A stretch of DNA of 64,000 bases from Nitrospirales bacterium. Its GTDB lineage: Bacteria; Nitrospirota; Nitrospiria; Nitrospirales; UBA8639. How positions within the stretch are numbered: position 1 is the first letter of the stretch; every line of letters starts with the position of its first letter. Shown in pieces: positions 24,201-38,054 of this stretch. The notes below the pieces were generated by a model. That model was given only the letters and a program-made list of their open reading frames with translations, had not been told where the DNA came from and made no database searches. The stretch is from the NCBI GenBank assembly GCA_965203295.1, contig CBDBCZ010000017.1, positions 576,001 through 640,000 of the forward strand. Reading direction: 5' to 3'. Made by a program: the position numbers and the translations under genes.

Positions 24201-27200
24201 GACTGTAGACAAGACTATCATCATTACAGTCATGCAAGCATTCTTGACGGTTACAGACAACTACAGTATCTTTAGCTAACAAAACATTCATGTGCAGTTT
24301 GAAGTTCTAAGCTAAATATACAGAGGCTAGAAAGTAAACAGTAATGAGGTGATTAGCTAGTATACTTACGCTCACAAGATGGTTCCACTCCAGACCACCC
24401 AGAGCCTGACTGACACACGCGTCTCCCACTTCCAACTAGCTCAAATCCCATCATGGTACAGTTATAGGATGCCACTGAGCCAACAAATGTTTTGTTGCTG
24501 AATACAATGTCTCCATTAATGGGGTTGGTGAGTGTAGCACACACTTCCTCTGTCAGAGATAAACATGAGTAATGTTATCTGTAATTCTGATCTCACAAAG
24601 GCGGAATATGTAATCATCGCTCCCTCTCTCTCTCCCTCTGGCCACTATATCTTGTGCAAGGATAAACCACTTATATTTTGGCATGCTAATCATCTATGTT
24701 TCCACACTGAGCATACAACTGTGCTTTACTGTAGTTGGAGCTTGCTGAGGAATAATGATATCTCAGCTGTGGTGTTTTTTTAAAGCCCAGAGTACTGAAC
24801 CAGCATACTGAGCTAGCAGAGCATGTTTAATTAAGTTACATAGGATGGTACATTATGGAAAAATCATTAACAATATGTGACATAGATATTTTGACCACTA
24901 TCAATCTGCTATCTTCTTTGCAAAAAGTACCCCCCCCCCCCAAAAAAAACTCTAATTAACCTCACACCTTCGTAGAATTTAGTTATGAAATACAGTGTTT
25001 ATATTAACATAGAAAACGATATTTTGTATAACTGTATGTGTGCTGCAAACCCACCACATGTAGGGGCACTCCCACTCCAATTTCCGTTTGCTTGACACGT
25101 TCGTGTAGCATTTCCCACAAGCTGATACCTTGAGCCACTGCAAGAATAGTTTGACATTGAGCCAAACGTAGTTGTGGTAACTGATACTGTGCCATTTCCT
25201 GGATTTGCGAGGCTGTTACAGTCCACGGCTGCATGGACAAATATGGCAATATGGATCATCAAGTGGCTTTTTGTAATTTCTCAATTAAAATACCAGTCCT
25301 CAATTATTTAGACAACCTCCCTTTTCATTGATTTGAAACGCTCCTATTTAACACAATGTCAACAATACAGTGTATTATTAACTGCTGTCAATTTTTGTGA
25401 CATGCATTGAATAAAATGGCTTACGTTCACAAGATGGCTCCACTCCAGACCATACTGAACCCGACTGGCAAGTACGCGTCTCACTCCCAAACAGTTTAAA
25501 GCCAATGTTGCAGGTATAGTTTGCCACTGAGCCGACAAATCTTTCAACAAACACTACTTGACCATTCATTGGGTTAGTAAGCATATCACATACTTCATCT
25601 GGTAAAAAAAGTATGATAATATTATTGCCTCCACAGTTGTGAATACAAGCTAGCCTAATTCCCAGGCATTTGCAGGAGGTTACAATTTCGACTGGGAATG
25701 AATATTGAGTATGTATGCTACTTGTCAGTATAATTATGGAAATAATACTATTGCAAAAGGTAACAAAATAAGCTGTTTACATTTTATAAAATAGTGCAAA
25801 AAAAAACTCACTGCATTGAGGGGCACTCTCACTCCACATTCCATCTGCTTGACATGTTCGCACAGCAGCTCCCACAAGGCGATAGTTGGAACCACTGCAT
25901 GAGTAGTTTGCAGTTGAGCTTAAAGTGGTCTCAGTCACTGTTACCATGCCATTTTCTGGAGCTTGTAGGCTGCCACAATCGATAACTGTATAAGTAATAG
26001 CAGCACTTAAAAGTTTAAGAATGATAGTAGCTCAAGGGCTACACTTCTATATAATGCCTACACTCCTAAAATTATTTTAACAATGTCAGCAGAACACTTT
26101 ATAGCCAAAAATCAAAGAATGGTGGCATGTACTGAAGCTCAGGTTAATGTGTTGAAGCTCTGAAGTGTGATGTGCTGAACCTCAAGTAGTTTACACATTA
26201 TGATTTTGAAGATGGTACCTGACTAGCAACGCACCACATTCTGGGGCACTGCCACTCCACATTCCATCTGCTTGACATGTTCGCTCAGCAACTCCCACAA
26301 GGCGATAGTTGGAGCCACTGCATGAGTAGTTTGCAGTTGAGCTTAAAGTGGTCTCAGTCACTGTTACCATGCCGTTTTTTGGATCTTGTAGGCTGCCACA
26401 ATCAATAACTGCATAAATAATAGCAGCAATTAAAAGCTTAAGAATGATAGTAGCTCAAGGGCTACACCTCTGTATAATGCCTACACTCCTAAAAGTTATT
26501 TTAACAATGTCAGCAGAATACTTTATAGCCAAAAATCAAGACGTATGACAGCATTATATATATAGATGATATAGCCAGAATGGTGGCATGTACTGAAGCT
26601 CAGGTTAATGTGTTGAAGCTCTGAAGTGTGATGTGCTGAACCTCAAGTAGTTTACACATCAAGATGGTGCCTGACTAGCAACGTGTTGAAGCTCTGAAGT
26701 GTGATGTGCTGAACCTCAAGTAGTTTACACATTATGAGATATAAGATTTTGAAGATAGTACCTGACTAGCAACTCACCACATTCTGGGTCACTATCACTC
26801 CACATTCCATCTGCTTGACATGTTCGCACAGCAGCTCCCACAAGGCGATAGTTGGAACCACTGCATGAGTAGTTTGCAGTTGAGCCAAGAGTGGTCTCAG
26901 TCACTGCTACCATGCCATTTTCTGGAGCTTGTAGGCTGCCACAATCAATAACTGTGTAAGTAATAGCAGCATATAATTATACTGAAAGAGTGATAGTCTA
27001 GTAGCTCAAGGGCTATACCTCTGTCTAATGCCCACACAGCTAATAGTCCAATGCCAGCAGAACATTGCTCCATTATCATCACAGTATATATATGCATGAA
27101 AGATGGTATATCATAGTGTGGATAGATCGTGTTACGTGTCGAAGGTCTGCAGTATTCATTCAGCCAAAGATTGAGACGTATGACAGCATACGTACACAGA

Positions 27201-30200
27201 TGATATAGCTGGAATAGTACAGCTAACTAGTGGTAGCTGTCCACAGTAATTACTGTCTTGTTTGTTACTTTTTGTGGACAAGACAAAAAGTACAAGACAT
27301 GGTAATGGTGAGACATCTGGTTGCTCTTGTCCTCTGACTGGAGATCTTTCAAGCTCCGCCTGCGTATGTGGGTGCGTGGTCAATGGCGTAAGCGCTACGG
27401 CAGCAACATGAGTATATTATTTTGTGGACAAGACCCCTTTCTGACCTTATCCTTAGTTCTCCAAAACAGCTACGTAGACTATACGCAGTGTAGTTATCTG
27501 CTAACTACTACATGTATTTTTGTCAAATGTATTGTTTTCTGGTCAAAGCTGTGCTTTCTGGCTATGTAATCTGTGTATACAGAATGCTGTCGATGTTTTG
27601 CTTATGCTGCGGACCTTCAACAAAGGACATGATTCATCTGTACAGTGATCACCCAAATCATAGTACAATCACAGGACATTGTTCCTTTACACATTATGAG
27701 ATATGAGATTTTGAAGATGGTACCCGACCAGCAACTCACCACATTCTGGGGCACTGCCACCCCACAATCCATCTGCTTGACATGTACGCACAGCAGCTCC
27801 CACCAGGCGATAGTTGGAACCACTGCATGAGTAGTTTGCAGTTGAGCCTAAAGTGGTCTCAGTCACTGTTACCACGCCATTTACTGGATTTTGTAGACTG
27901 CCACAATCGATAACTGCGTAAGTAAACAATAACACATAATCATACTGAAAGATTCTCCAATGTAATGATTTGTTTAATTGTGAATTTTCCAATGATGACT
28001 CGAGGCTTTAATGAAATTTTTACATTAATTTGGAATTGTCTACGTATATAGTCAAAAAAAATTGCCATTCAACTATTTGTCTGTCACTGGTTGGAGCTAT
28101 GTGAATGGGCACCTTTATAATTCATGGACGCAGCCATCTGCTAAGAATGTGTGCGTAGATAAGAGGAAGTTGGCCGAGATTTAATAGCACACTAGCCTTG
28201 AATAAGTGATCACTTCCTTCAAATATCACATATTTTCATTAGAAAATGCTGACTCGTTTGCGTCAGAAAAGACAGACGATCTTGACTATATCTAATATGA
28301 GGCTTAGCGGCAAATTAAATATCATGTTCTTCTGCTCAGTAGGCCAGTAAGTCGGAACATAGTATCCAGAAGATTCTGGGGTCAATCTCTCAGCACATTT
28401 CATAATACGAACGCCAATACTGTTTTAAAATATTGGTATATTATAGTGTGTAGATATGCATGTGTAAGCATTAACACTCCCCAGTGCAGCCTAGCATTCA
28501 ATCTTGTTCAGGAAAAATATACTGTAACTCACCACATGCAGGTTCACTACCACTCCACATTCCATCTGCTTGGCAAGTACGCACAGCATCTCCCAAAAGA
28601 TAACTTGGATTACTACACGAGTAGTTTGCCATTGAGCCAAACGTAGTCATAGTCAGAGACACACTGCCATTTGCAGGATTCGTTAGGCTGCCACAGTCTG
28701 CAGCTGTATATACAATAAAGATGTGCATAATGATTGAGAATTATTAAGAATGGAGTGATCAACACTTCTCTCATGCATGTATACATTTTCTCACACATCA
28801 TCAGTTAATTTTGCTCAGTGATTTGCTTAAAGTGTTGAGACTACTGCAGTTCTCATTTCAGAGAACTTACACAATAAGCTTATCACTAATAGCTTAAATA
28901 GTTAATGATGTTTTCAATTCTGTTTATTGTTAATAAACTCATACCAATTACAGCTGTTATTACTGGAGCACCACCAGTTTGTAGAGTGGGTAGATCTTCA
29001 CCATTTCCAACACAGAGAGCATTGGCTTCCAAATCTGGCTCTGAAAAACGATACCACACTTCAAGGTTTGCAAACTGTGCTCCTTCATCCAGTTCCACCC
29101 CTCCAGTGCCATCATCGTGGTCAGTGTAGAACCCCACAACATCTCCAGGCTCCACTATGACCTGATCATTCTCTGGTACATCAATTACAATGCATGAACG
29201 AACATTATGAACGTTTGCTGCAACTCCATTATTCACGAAGTTGAAACCAACTAGAGAGTAACAACCATCAGTGTTCGTTGGTCTCCACACTTCGAAATAA
29301 ATATCATAAAAATCATTGTTCTCACGTGGATTTATACACACTCCCCATTGTACTACACTGCCTCTACAGGTGAAGGTGTAGTCTGGTATAATGGCTTGGA
29401 TTGAATTAGGAAGTCTTGGGGCCCCACTTCGGTCACCAAATAGAGGTACACTCAATAGACACTGCAAATTGTCTGGAAAAAAACAAAAACAATATAGACA
29501 AAAAATAATGTTAACGCCCAACTGATTATAATTCAACCCTATTCTCAATATAACAACTTTTCATACATAAAATAGCCTTTGGTAATATTAATTTTGTAGA
29601 AGTTATTAGGTGGAATTGGTACTGGGTAGACTAAGTGCACTTATTGCTCATTAATGCTTACCAACCATGGCTGTTATTACAGGAGCACCACTAGTAGAAA
29701 GTGTGTTTAGATCTCCAGTGGCTCCAATGCAAAGAGAGCTGTCCTCTAAATCACTCTGAGTTGGATTTGAAAGTGTACGGTACCACACATCAAGGTTTAC
29801 ATCAGTGTCCACTTCAATACCACCACTATTCTGATTATGATCAGAGTAAAACCCCATAACATCTCCTGGCTCCACCATGATACGCTGATCCTCCGGCACA
29901 TCATATACTATGCAGCCTCGAGGAACATCTGGATCTCCATCAGCAACAAAGTTGGAACCTACAATGGAGTAGCACCCATCAACTCCATTCGACCGCCACA
30001 CTTGAAAGTAAATGTCATATCTTTCAGAGCCTCCCCGTGGCTGGACACATGCACCCCACTGAACCACTGGACCACTGCAAGTGAAGGTGTATGTCGGCAG
30101 AATTGCTTGGATTTTGTCTGGTAGTTCACTGTTCGGTTCTCGGTCACCAAACAGAGGTAGGCCTTGTGGACACTGGGAATTTGCTGCACCGGAAGGAATA

Positions 30201-31579
30201 ATGTTAATATTATGCTAGGTTACTGCACTCACAGTAGTCAAATACCTGCAGTAAGTACAATTATATCCAGGTATTTATTACAGCTATTATAGCTACTATA
30301 CTTTGCAACAAAACTTTGGATTGCAACAGATATGGTGACCTAGAGCGCTACAATTGATTTATGTGTAAGACTGCATATTATCTTGTCAATGACTAACAGC
30401 ACACTGACAATATTGTCCATGGTCATGCACTTATGAGGTGGTAGCTACTATATTCATGCACTGACAATGTATTAGTAGTAAGATGCCCAAATGTATCACA
30501 ACGAAAAAATATTCATTTCCTTTGAAATATATGCTGTACTATTGTAGTATTGTATTCAGTTATGACAATGGGGTACACACTCATGGACATTCACAATCAT
30601 GGTTGGCAAAGCAGGTGTATCAAAGTTCGAATTATGAATAATGTGGACTATAAAAATTATATTAGTGGTCATACTACCTGCAGTTAGTAGGGTATAGCTA
30701 GCTGTCTGGTGTAATACCTTCTTGGTGCATGAACATGAACATGAAACATAAAGACTGCCAGCCATTCTTGTATACAGTTATTAACTAGTCTTGTGTAGCC
30801 CTATGCTGAATGTATGGTCTTCTCTCATTATATACCCTGTGAAGACAAGACATTATTGGTTTGGTCCGTCTGTCTGTCTGTCTGTCCGATGTCTATCCAG
30901 TAAAAAAATTTGAAATTTCAAGATTTACTAAACTCGACTAAAACATTATTTCTAAAAACTACTGTGTATAGCCACAGCCGTTCGTTCTTCATGTGAATGA
31001 ACATGAAGCAATTGTTCTATCACATCCTTCTTTCCACACAGGTTGAAACCAAAAACACATGCAGCGGCAAAAAAATTTACTGTAATAAAACTCACAACAC
31101 AGCTACTCATTGTAGCCATGTCACACGTAGCTATGGTAAGTAAACTATAACAGCAGTAGTAGCTAGTCAGGAATTTATTATAGCTACATACTAACCATTC
31201 CTTATAGATAGTTGACCAAAAGGAGTGGACTTTCAGTGACCAACTGATCAAGAACTGTCATGTGCCCAGGGAGAATGCAAGATCAGCAATAACTGTTCAA
31301 CAAGTTTAGGCATTATGGATGAACAGAAGCTGCCCACAGAGTTCTACGTGCGAGCAGTCTTGGCACCTGCCCATCAGCTCTATTGCAGTATCTTTCTTTT
31401 CGACTCGTTGGTTTACGCATTTATCATACATAGTGTAGTTGTTTGCTCGCGAACATACCACTACATGAGAGAGGTATACGTACGTGTCACTCACCTTTGG
31501 CCACCAGCAAAAGTAGCGCAGCTGCCAGTACAGCGATGAGAAACTCAAACTCCTTTCTTCCCAGCAAAAGACAGGCCAT
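18270..31579 (-). CDS. Receptor gene 3: RTK with two unassigned modules, 10 sushi/CCP domains, TM and Eph-like kinase
   Basis: Signal exon 31579-31495. Module A 30183-29662, module B 29472-28945. Sushi exons 28703-28533, 27913-27740, 26951-26778, 26408-26235, 25985-25812, 25598-25425, 25228-25055, 24549-24370, 24020-23841, 23502-23332. TM exon 22484-22278. Juxtamembrane exons 22144-21975, 21910-21875, 21810-21745, 21483-21356. Kinase exons 21251-21038, 20917-20850, 20148-19995, 19929-19837, 19131-19018, 18607-18522, 18453-18270. Confidence 0.88.
18811..18945. mobile_element. piggyBac-like TTAA MITE
   Basis: ttaa-ccctttcaccggtg ... caccggtgagaggg-ttaa. Confidence 0.65.
22550..23051. mobile_element. 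MITE with ~28-bp TIRs (CCGTAAA.TACGTATTATCCGCCCATG) and a TA TSD
   Basis: ta-ccgtaaactacgtattatccgcccatg ... catgggcggataatacgtactttacgg-ta, with internal tatccgccca subterminal repeats. Confidence 0.8.
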
Positions 31580-31645
31580 GCCGACATCGGGATTACCAGA
31601 AGACCCCCCTCCCACTAACTTTGGCGGAAGTGCGTCAGGCCGGCC

Positions 31646-31671
31646 GGGCGCGCGCCCGCGAAGGGTCACGT
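31646..31671 (-). promoter_or_regulatory. Conserved proximal promoter motif (CACGTG E-box next to GCGCGC) about 80-130 bp upstream of the ATG of the minus-strand receptor genes
   Basis: The same gggcgcgcgc...aaggg(t/c)cacgtg arrangement occurs at ~31646, 38116 (more diverged), 47042, 55026 and 63191. Confidence 0.5.
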
Positions 31672-31859
31672 GGTATTGGTGGACCAATTCAATCCCTATA
31701 AGTTAAGTCAATAAATTGCTTTATTTCTTGTACATGTAGCTATACACACACGACACTGTAATGGCAAGCTTCATAAATAAACTTTAAAAAACATAGGGCT
31801 ATAGCTAATTCAGGCTATAGCTACGATTCATGCATAAGTTCTCTGCAGCAAACATCAGC

Positions 31860-34800
31860 TCATGCGTAAGTTTTCTGCAGTTCGGGGTAGAGGTCCACAC
31901 CGGCCTCCAGAGGAGCCCCCAGCACTGCAGCCTGGGGGTGGACTGCTGTGTCCTCCGCTGACCAGCGCAGCAGATCAGTCTCGGGCTCTGAGAGTGCCTC
32001 TAGCACCTCCGTGAAGGATGGCCGGGAGGATGTGTCTGGATGCCTGGGAGAGATATACCAGCTATATCATGTTGACTTCTTACTACTACTATCATGTTGA
32101 CTTTTTCATGTATGTTATGTAAATGAATTACTGATTCAACATATACACAGTGAGTGGAACCCACTATTCTAAACACCTTCAGGACTAAGTATAATTGTAC
32201 TGTTTAGAGGTGTGTTCTCATCTTGGGGGTTAATTTATACACATTTGTGACTTTGCAAAATGTCCTCAAGCTATATGCGTAGAGGTGTCAAAGGTTTGAC
32301 TGTAAACTGAAATACATACCAACAGTTGATCATCAGTTTGTAAATTTTCTTTGGACAACCGGGAGGTGGAGACAGACGAACGCCAGACTCCACAAGTTCC
32401 ATAGCCTGTTATCAAGATACAAAGTAGCTATATAGCTATACCTCAGAAGTTTGTATTAATTAGAAAACTGAACTCTACTAGAATTAACTCTTTGAACGCC
32501 ATGGGCACATTTATGTGCCCATATAAAATAGAAAAAACGTGTACTTTATATTAACGCCTAATATAAAAAGGCCAATATAAAATCACATTAGCCTTATGGA
32601 TGTATTAAAACTCGGCTGGGAAAGAGTTAATGCAGTACTGAAGATCTAACGCTAATGAGTGGATAACATAATGTGCTATTAGACCAGATAATATAGTCTG
32701 TCCATGAGTATAGCATCTAAAGCTGCACTGTTGCATTACATAATGATGTTTTGCATAATACTAGATGTAGTCAATCAGGCCCAGAGACTAAGTAAATGTC
32801 TTAGAAGATACCGTGTGTCTTAACTGAGCATTCATGGAGTAGGAATAATAACTACTAGGAATTAATGTCATCATGCATGTGTTGCCTCAACTCATTTTGT
32901 CTCCTATAATCAGTAATTCCTCCAGGGTATGTATGTACTCACATCATCTCTAAAATTTCATCACTTATAATTTTACTGGCAGAAAATGTAACATGCACGT
33001 CTCACTTCTAGGTTCGAGTAGATTCGAAACGGTTTGCGTCCAACACTCCATATCTCGAACATCAGCACCCCATAACTCCACACATCACTTGCAGTACTAT
33101 ATTTCTTGAAACTTAATGCCTGAGAAATAAATCAATAACCATTCTTAGCATCTGCGACAACAACAACAACAACAACAACATTACCTCAGGAGCAGTCCAC
33201 TTTACTGGGATCTTCCCTCCATGGGAAACGTAGTAGCTCTCATTCTCCAGATCCCTTGACATTCCGAAATCACTGATCTGTTTTTCAAAGCATTCTTACT
33301 CAAAGATGGTTAGGTCATATTAATTTTTAACTTCTCAATCACCTTGCATGTTCTATCAGCTGCAACTAGAATGTTCCTAGCTGCCAGGTCTCGGTGCACA
33401 AAGGCTTTTTGCGACAAGTACTCCATCCCTGAAGCAACTTCCTGGCAGAACTGCAGCAGCATATGTGGTGCATCTGAAGGCAGTAGTTCCCCGGGCCTGC
33501 CAAGGAATATCAAGATAATTATGACCTGACATCAAAAGTCTGTGTGGTATAATATCATAATAGTGAATGTGATGGTGCATGGATTGCATACATGTACACT
33601 AACTGATGCAAAACATAATAGTACAGATCTTAATTGCAAGCTGAAAGGAATATTATTATTATCGAACTATTAGCAGAGGGGGATGTTCCAAGGTTAATTG
33701 GAGACTAGAACGAGAGGCATGTACCTTATTATTATGTTGAGACTTACGTTGGCTTATGTTTATTGAGGTATTTGCTCATGTCACCATTGGACAGGAGTTC
33801 CAATACAATCATCACCTATGGAAGAAAATGCTTAAATCAGGTCTATCAGCAGTTAAGTGCAGCTTTACATATCAAGTACAGGTGCTTGTCGTAGCGGTAC
33901 GTAGTCTGTTGAATAAATCATGATACAACTCACGGGCTCTCCAACTGTCACTACTCCAAGGAGCTTCACGATGTTGGGGTGCTGAAACTGCCCGTTGATG
34001 GCAGCTTCTTGGAGGAATCTGACCTCATCACCTTGAGATACTCCAGCTTTCAACGTCTTCACTGCAATTTCAACAGCTCCAGTTCTTGTCTGCCAAATGC
34101 CTTTTTCCACACTTCCAAACTGACCAGATCCTAGATGCTCTGTTGTCCTGTGATAATCAAAATGATTGGCACAAACATTTAACATTGCAGATAGAGTGTC
34201 TGCATTAGGAACATACGGTTCCCACAGTTTACGACCATGCACTGCTATTGTGCTTACTGTATAAGTTTCCGGGGTATTTCTCGATACTTATTGACAGACA
34301 GCTGCTTGAAGAGTTCACTTGGATCAGATGATGGCTTCCAGTAGATGTCACTCACTTCAAAGAATGATTCTTGAGGCTTTTGAATCTGAAGCACATGCAA
34401 AATACAAATTGCAAACATTAACAATGAAGAATCTGGAATAGAAAACTATGAACATTACCTCCTCTAGAGCTGCATATATATTCTCATACTGTCTGGATGT
34501 AACCGCCCTCCGTTGCTCCTACAGTATACGAGAAATATAATTCTAGGGACTACATAATATTAATTATCCTCACGTATCATAACTATACCTGAGTAGGCAC
34601 ATAAATGTTCCATTCATAGTGCCCCTACAAAAGTGAAAGAATTTCTGTAAAACAAAAGAAAGGCCTTTTTATTTTGTAGTTACATTTGTGATCTCGTGCC
34701 TTCTTTCTACGAGTGGTACATTAGACATTGGACGCTCAGTGTCAGTTCTCTCCGGATAGTCATAGCTGTCTTCTAGCCTCTGGCGGTTGGGATCTGCATA

Positions 34801-37800
34801 CACTGTTTCCCCTGTATCAGCCGGAGCTGGATGTTTGGGTTGTGCCGGCTCACCTTGGAAAATAAATTTCATTAATAAGACTGATTCAGTAGTTTCACCT
34901 ATTGATTTACTAACTCTCACAACATAATCATGTGGATGAAATTTATGGTGTATAAAAGCAATAGTTTGATGATGTTATGAGCTCACTGGAATAGTTAGGG
35001 TTGTCAACTTCAAGGTGGAATTGCTGTGCCTTTGTCTTTTCCTCAGACTTCACTGTGTCACTGAGATTTGGCGTAAACAAAACTTTTCGTTTCTTGTAGA
35101 AAACGACCAAAGCGACTAGTAGAACCAAAACCAGTACAGCCAACATTCCTCCCACAAAACCGCCAATGAATCCACCCTCGGATTGTGATCGCTCCTGAGA
35201 TGAGAGCGGTTCTATTGTTTGGGATGAAATAACACGGTTTGCTGAATGTGCACAATACAATATATCTTGCTGGATGGGTAGCCATCCATTATTACTGGAT
35301 ATTGGACGAGTCTGTGCTGTATTTGGGCGAGTCAGTAGGACAAGCCAAATACAAGCAAGACGAGTCCAATGTCCAGCGATATTGGATGGCTACCCATTCA
35401 ATGAGAAACACACCACCCATGATTCAATGAGAGTAATTTATTGTATATTGTATGCACTGCCTATGATTCTAAATGGCCTGTTTATCAAGTCGTCCAAAAT
35501 CACTTGGATATTGGACAGTTTTCTATATAGGAATACTACATAGTAGTACTATGAGTGTACAATAAGCTCAAATATGACACTACATGCTTACCAACTACTG
35601 CTGTTATTACTGGAGCATCACCAGTACGTAGAGTGGGTAGATCATTACCATTTCCAACACAAAGAGGATTAGCTTCCAATTCACTCTGACTTGGATTTGA
35701 AAGACTACGGTACCACACTTCAAGGTTTGCAAACTGTTCTCCTTCATCCAGTTCCACCCCTCCAGTGCCACCGTCGTGGTCAGTGTAGAACCCCACAACA
35801 TCTCCAGGTTCAACTATGACCTGATCATTCTCTGGTACATCGATTACAATGCATGAACGAACATTATGAACGGTTCCTGCAACTCCATTATTCACGAAGT
35901 TTGAACCAACTAGAGAGTAACAACCGTCAGTGTTCGTTGGTCTCCACACTTCAAAATAGATATCATATTGATCATCGTTCGCTCGTGGATCCACACATGC
36001 TCCCCACTGTACTACACTGCCTCTACAGTTGAAGGTGTATTCTGGTATAATGGCTTGGATTGAATTATCAAGTATTGGGGCCCCATCTCGATCACCAAAT
36101 AGGGGTGCTCTCAATAAACATTGTGAATTGTCTAAAAAAAACAAAACAATAGACAGATAATAATTGTTAGCACCCAGCAGATCATAATTTATTCTCAATC
36201 TCAATAGAACCATAGATAGTAGAGTAGAGTTCTACTCTACTATCTATGATAGAACCACTAGTTCATACATAATAATGTATTTGATTCACTAGAAGGTACT
36301 ATAAGGGCCAGTCAGTAGCAAATGCGATATGGGTAATGCGCTTATTGTTGATTAATGCTTACCAACCACAGCTGTTATTACAGGAGCACCACTAGTAGAA
36401 AGTGTGTTTAGATCTCCAGTGGCTCCAATGCAAAGAGAGCTGTCCTCTAAATCACTCTGAGTTGGATTTGAAAGTGTACGGTACCACACATCTAGGTCTA
36501 CATCAGTGTCTACTTCTATACCACCACTATCCCGATTATGATCAGAGTAAAACCCCATAACATCTCCTGGCTCCACCACGATGCGCTGATCCTCCGGCAC
36601 ATCATATACTATGCAGCCTCGAGGAACATCTGGATCTCCATCAGCAACAAAGTTGGAATCTACGATGGAGTAGCACCCATCAACTCCATTCGACCTCCAC
36701 ACTTGAAAGTAAATGTCATATCTTTCAGAGCCTCCTCGTGGCTGGACACACGCACCCCACTGAACCACTGGACCACTGCAAGTGAAGGTGTATGTCGGCA
36801 GAATTGCTTGAATTTTGTCTGGTAGTTCACTGTTCGGGTCTCGGTCACCAAACAGAGGTAGGCCTTGTGGACACTGGGAATTTGCTGCATGAGAAATAAG
36901 GATAATATTATAGTATCCACTAAATTGATACAAAAATACACAATGATCACCAGATAGTAATGATCTGTAGGTTACCCATATACAGCACAACTCAAACCTG
37001 ATTCATGATCTGGCCTTTCCATATTTGGCATAATAATGTATTTATAGCTAAGTAAATTAAATACTACTTTGACTTCACTGAGTCTATATTAGTACATGTA
37101 GCTTAGGTTATTGGTTTTACAATGAGTAGTTCAGGTATTCACTAACATGATTAACAAAGGTGGTGTGTCTAGCTATAATGCATGTGTACAACAACACTGC
37201 AGGGAACACTCCAGTTCCTCACTACTCTGAAGGGGCCGCTTCACAATGTTAAAGTTCAGGTGCTCGAATGATCTACTTTTATAAAAGAAGTACAAAGGGG
37301 CTGATGACTGTGCTGGTATGTAGCAGTGTACTCTGCCCCAGGATGATATTGAGAAAGCTAAAACTGCTCCAGGCCTGTGCCATTCCATGGCTTTTTCTTT
37401 TCGCCATGCCATGTCTCTGACACTCAATAACACATTGCAAGAGTATATCTCGTTCAGAACAGCTCTCACAGGAGAAATGTTTCCACCCTTTTTTTGTGTG
37501 TGTGCGAGTGTGTGTGTGTGTGGGGGGGGGGACAATATACCACTTCCACTACTTGGTGTGTAGCCATGGACAGCTGTCTTTAGAATGCTACACAACTCTT
37601 CTGTTCACAGCATTCTGTCCCTCAGGTTAACCAAGATAATCAAGTTACTAAAGAGTACCTTCTGCTTGGACATGCAGTTTATGGACCATATATCCTTGTC
37701 TACTGTTCAAGACATCATGCACCTGACCCAGAAGCATAAGCTACCACAATGAGCTATAGCTACATCAGTGTAAATGTTTAATTGGGTAATGGATGACAGG

Positions 37801-38054
37801 TACACAAAGCTGCCCATAGCATTCTGCTTTACAAGCAGTCTCGGTATCTGCCCGTCAGCTCATTTGCAGTATCTTCCTTGAGCTCTATACCTGGATGATA
37901 AGTTGGTGTCTACTGATATGTAAAGGGGAGGGTCTGCCCGCGAATTATCACTCGCCGCTTGTCACAACTCACCTTTGGCTACCAGCAAAAGTAGCGCAGC
38001 TGCCAGTACAGCGGCCGGTAACTCAAACTTTCTTTCGAGCAATAGGCAGGCCAT
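31860..38054 (-). CDS. Receptor gene 4: RTK with two unassigned modules, no sushi repeats, TM and Eph-like kinase
   Basis: Signal exon 38054-37973. Module A 36884-36363, module B 36131-35592. TM exon 35211-34987. Juxtamembrane 34853-34684 plus three small exons. Kinase exons span ~34150 to 31860 with [24 protein letters not shown] and KWTAPE intact. Confidence 0.87.
32484..32630. mobile_element. TTAA-flanked MITE, same family as 49285-49442
   Basis: ttaa-ctcttt ... aaagag-ttaa, with the shared internal tattaacgcctaatataaaa. Confidence 0.6.
35272..35400. repeat. Imperfect palindromic element in the intron between module B and the TM exon of gene 4
   Basis: gggtagccatcca..ctggatattggac..gtatttgg / ccaaatac..gtccaatgtccag..tggatggctaccc. 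Confidence 0.6.
36211..36248. mobile_element. 38-bp perfect palindromic insertion with a 7-bp TSD
   Basis: CATAGATAGTAGAGTAGA-GT-TCTACTCTACTATCTATG flanked by atagaac twice. The paralog at ~45055-45070 shows the empty site. Confidence 0.85.

Noticed and set aside
29837..30124. Recurrent 95-aa plus-strand ORF (also at 36538, 45347 and 58896)
   Set aside because: It is antisense to module A, and its recurrence simply reflects exon duplication.
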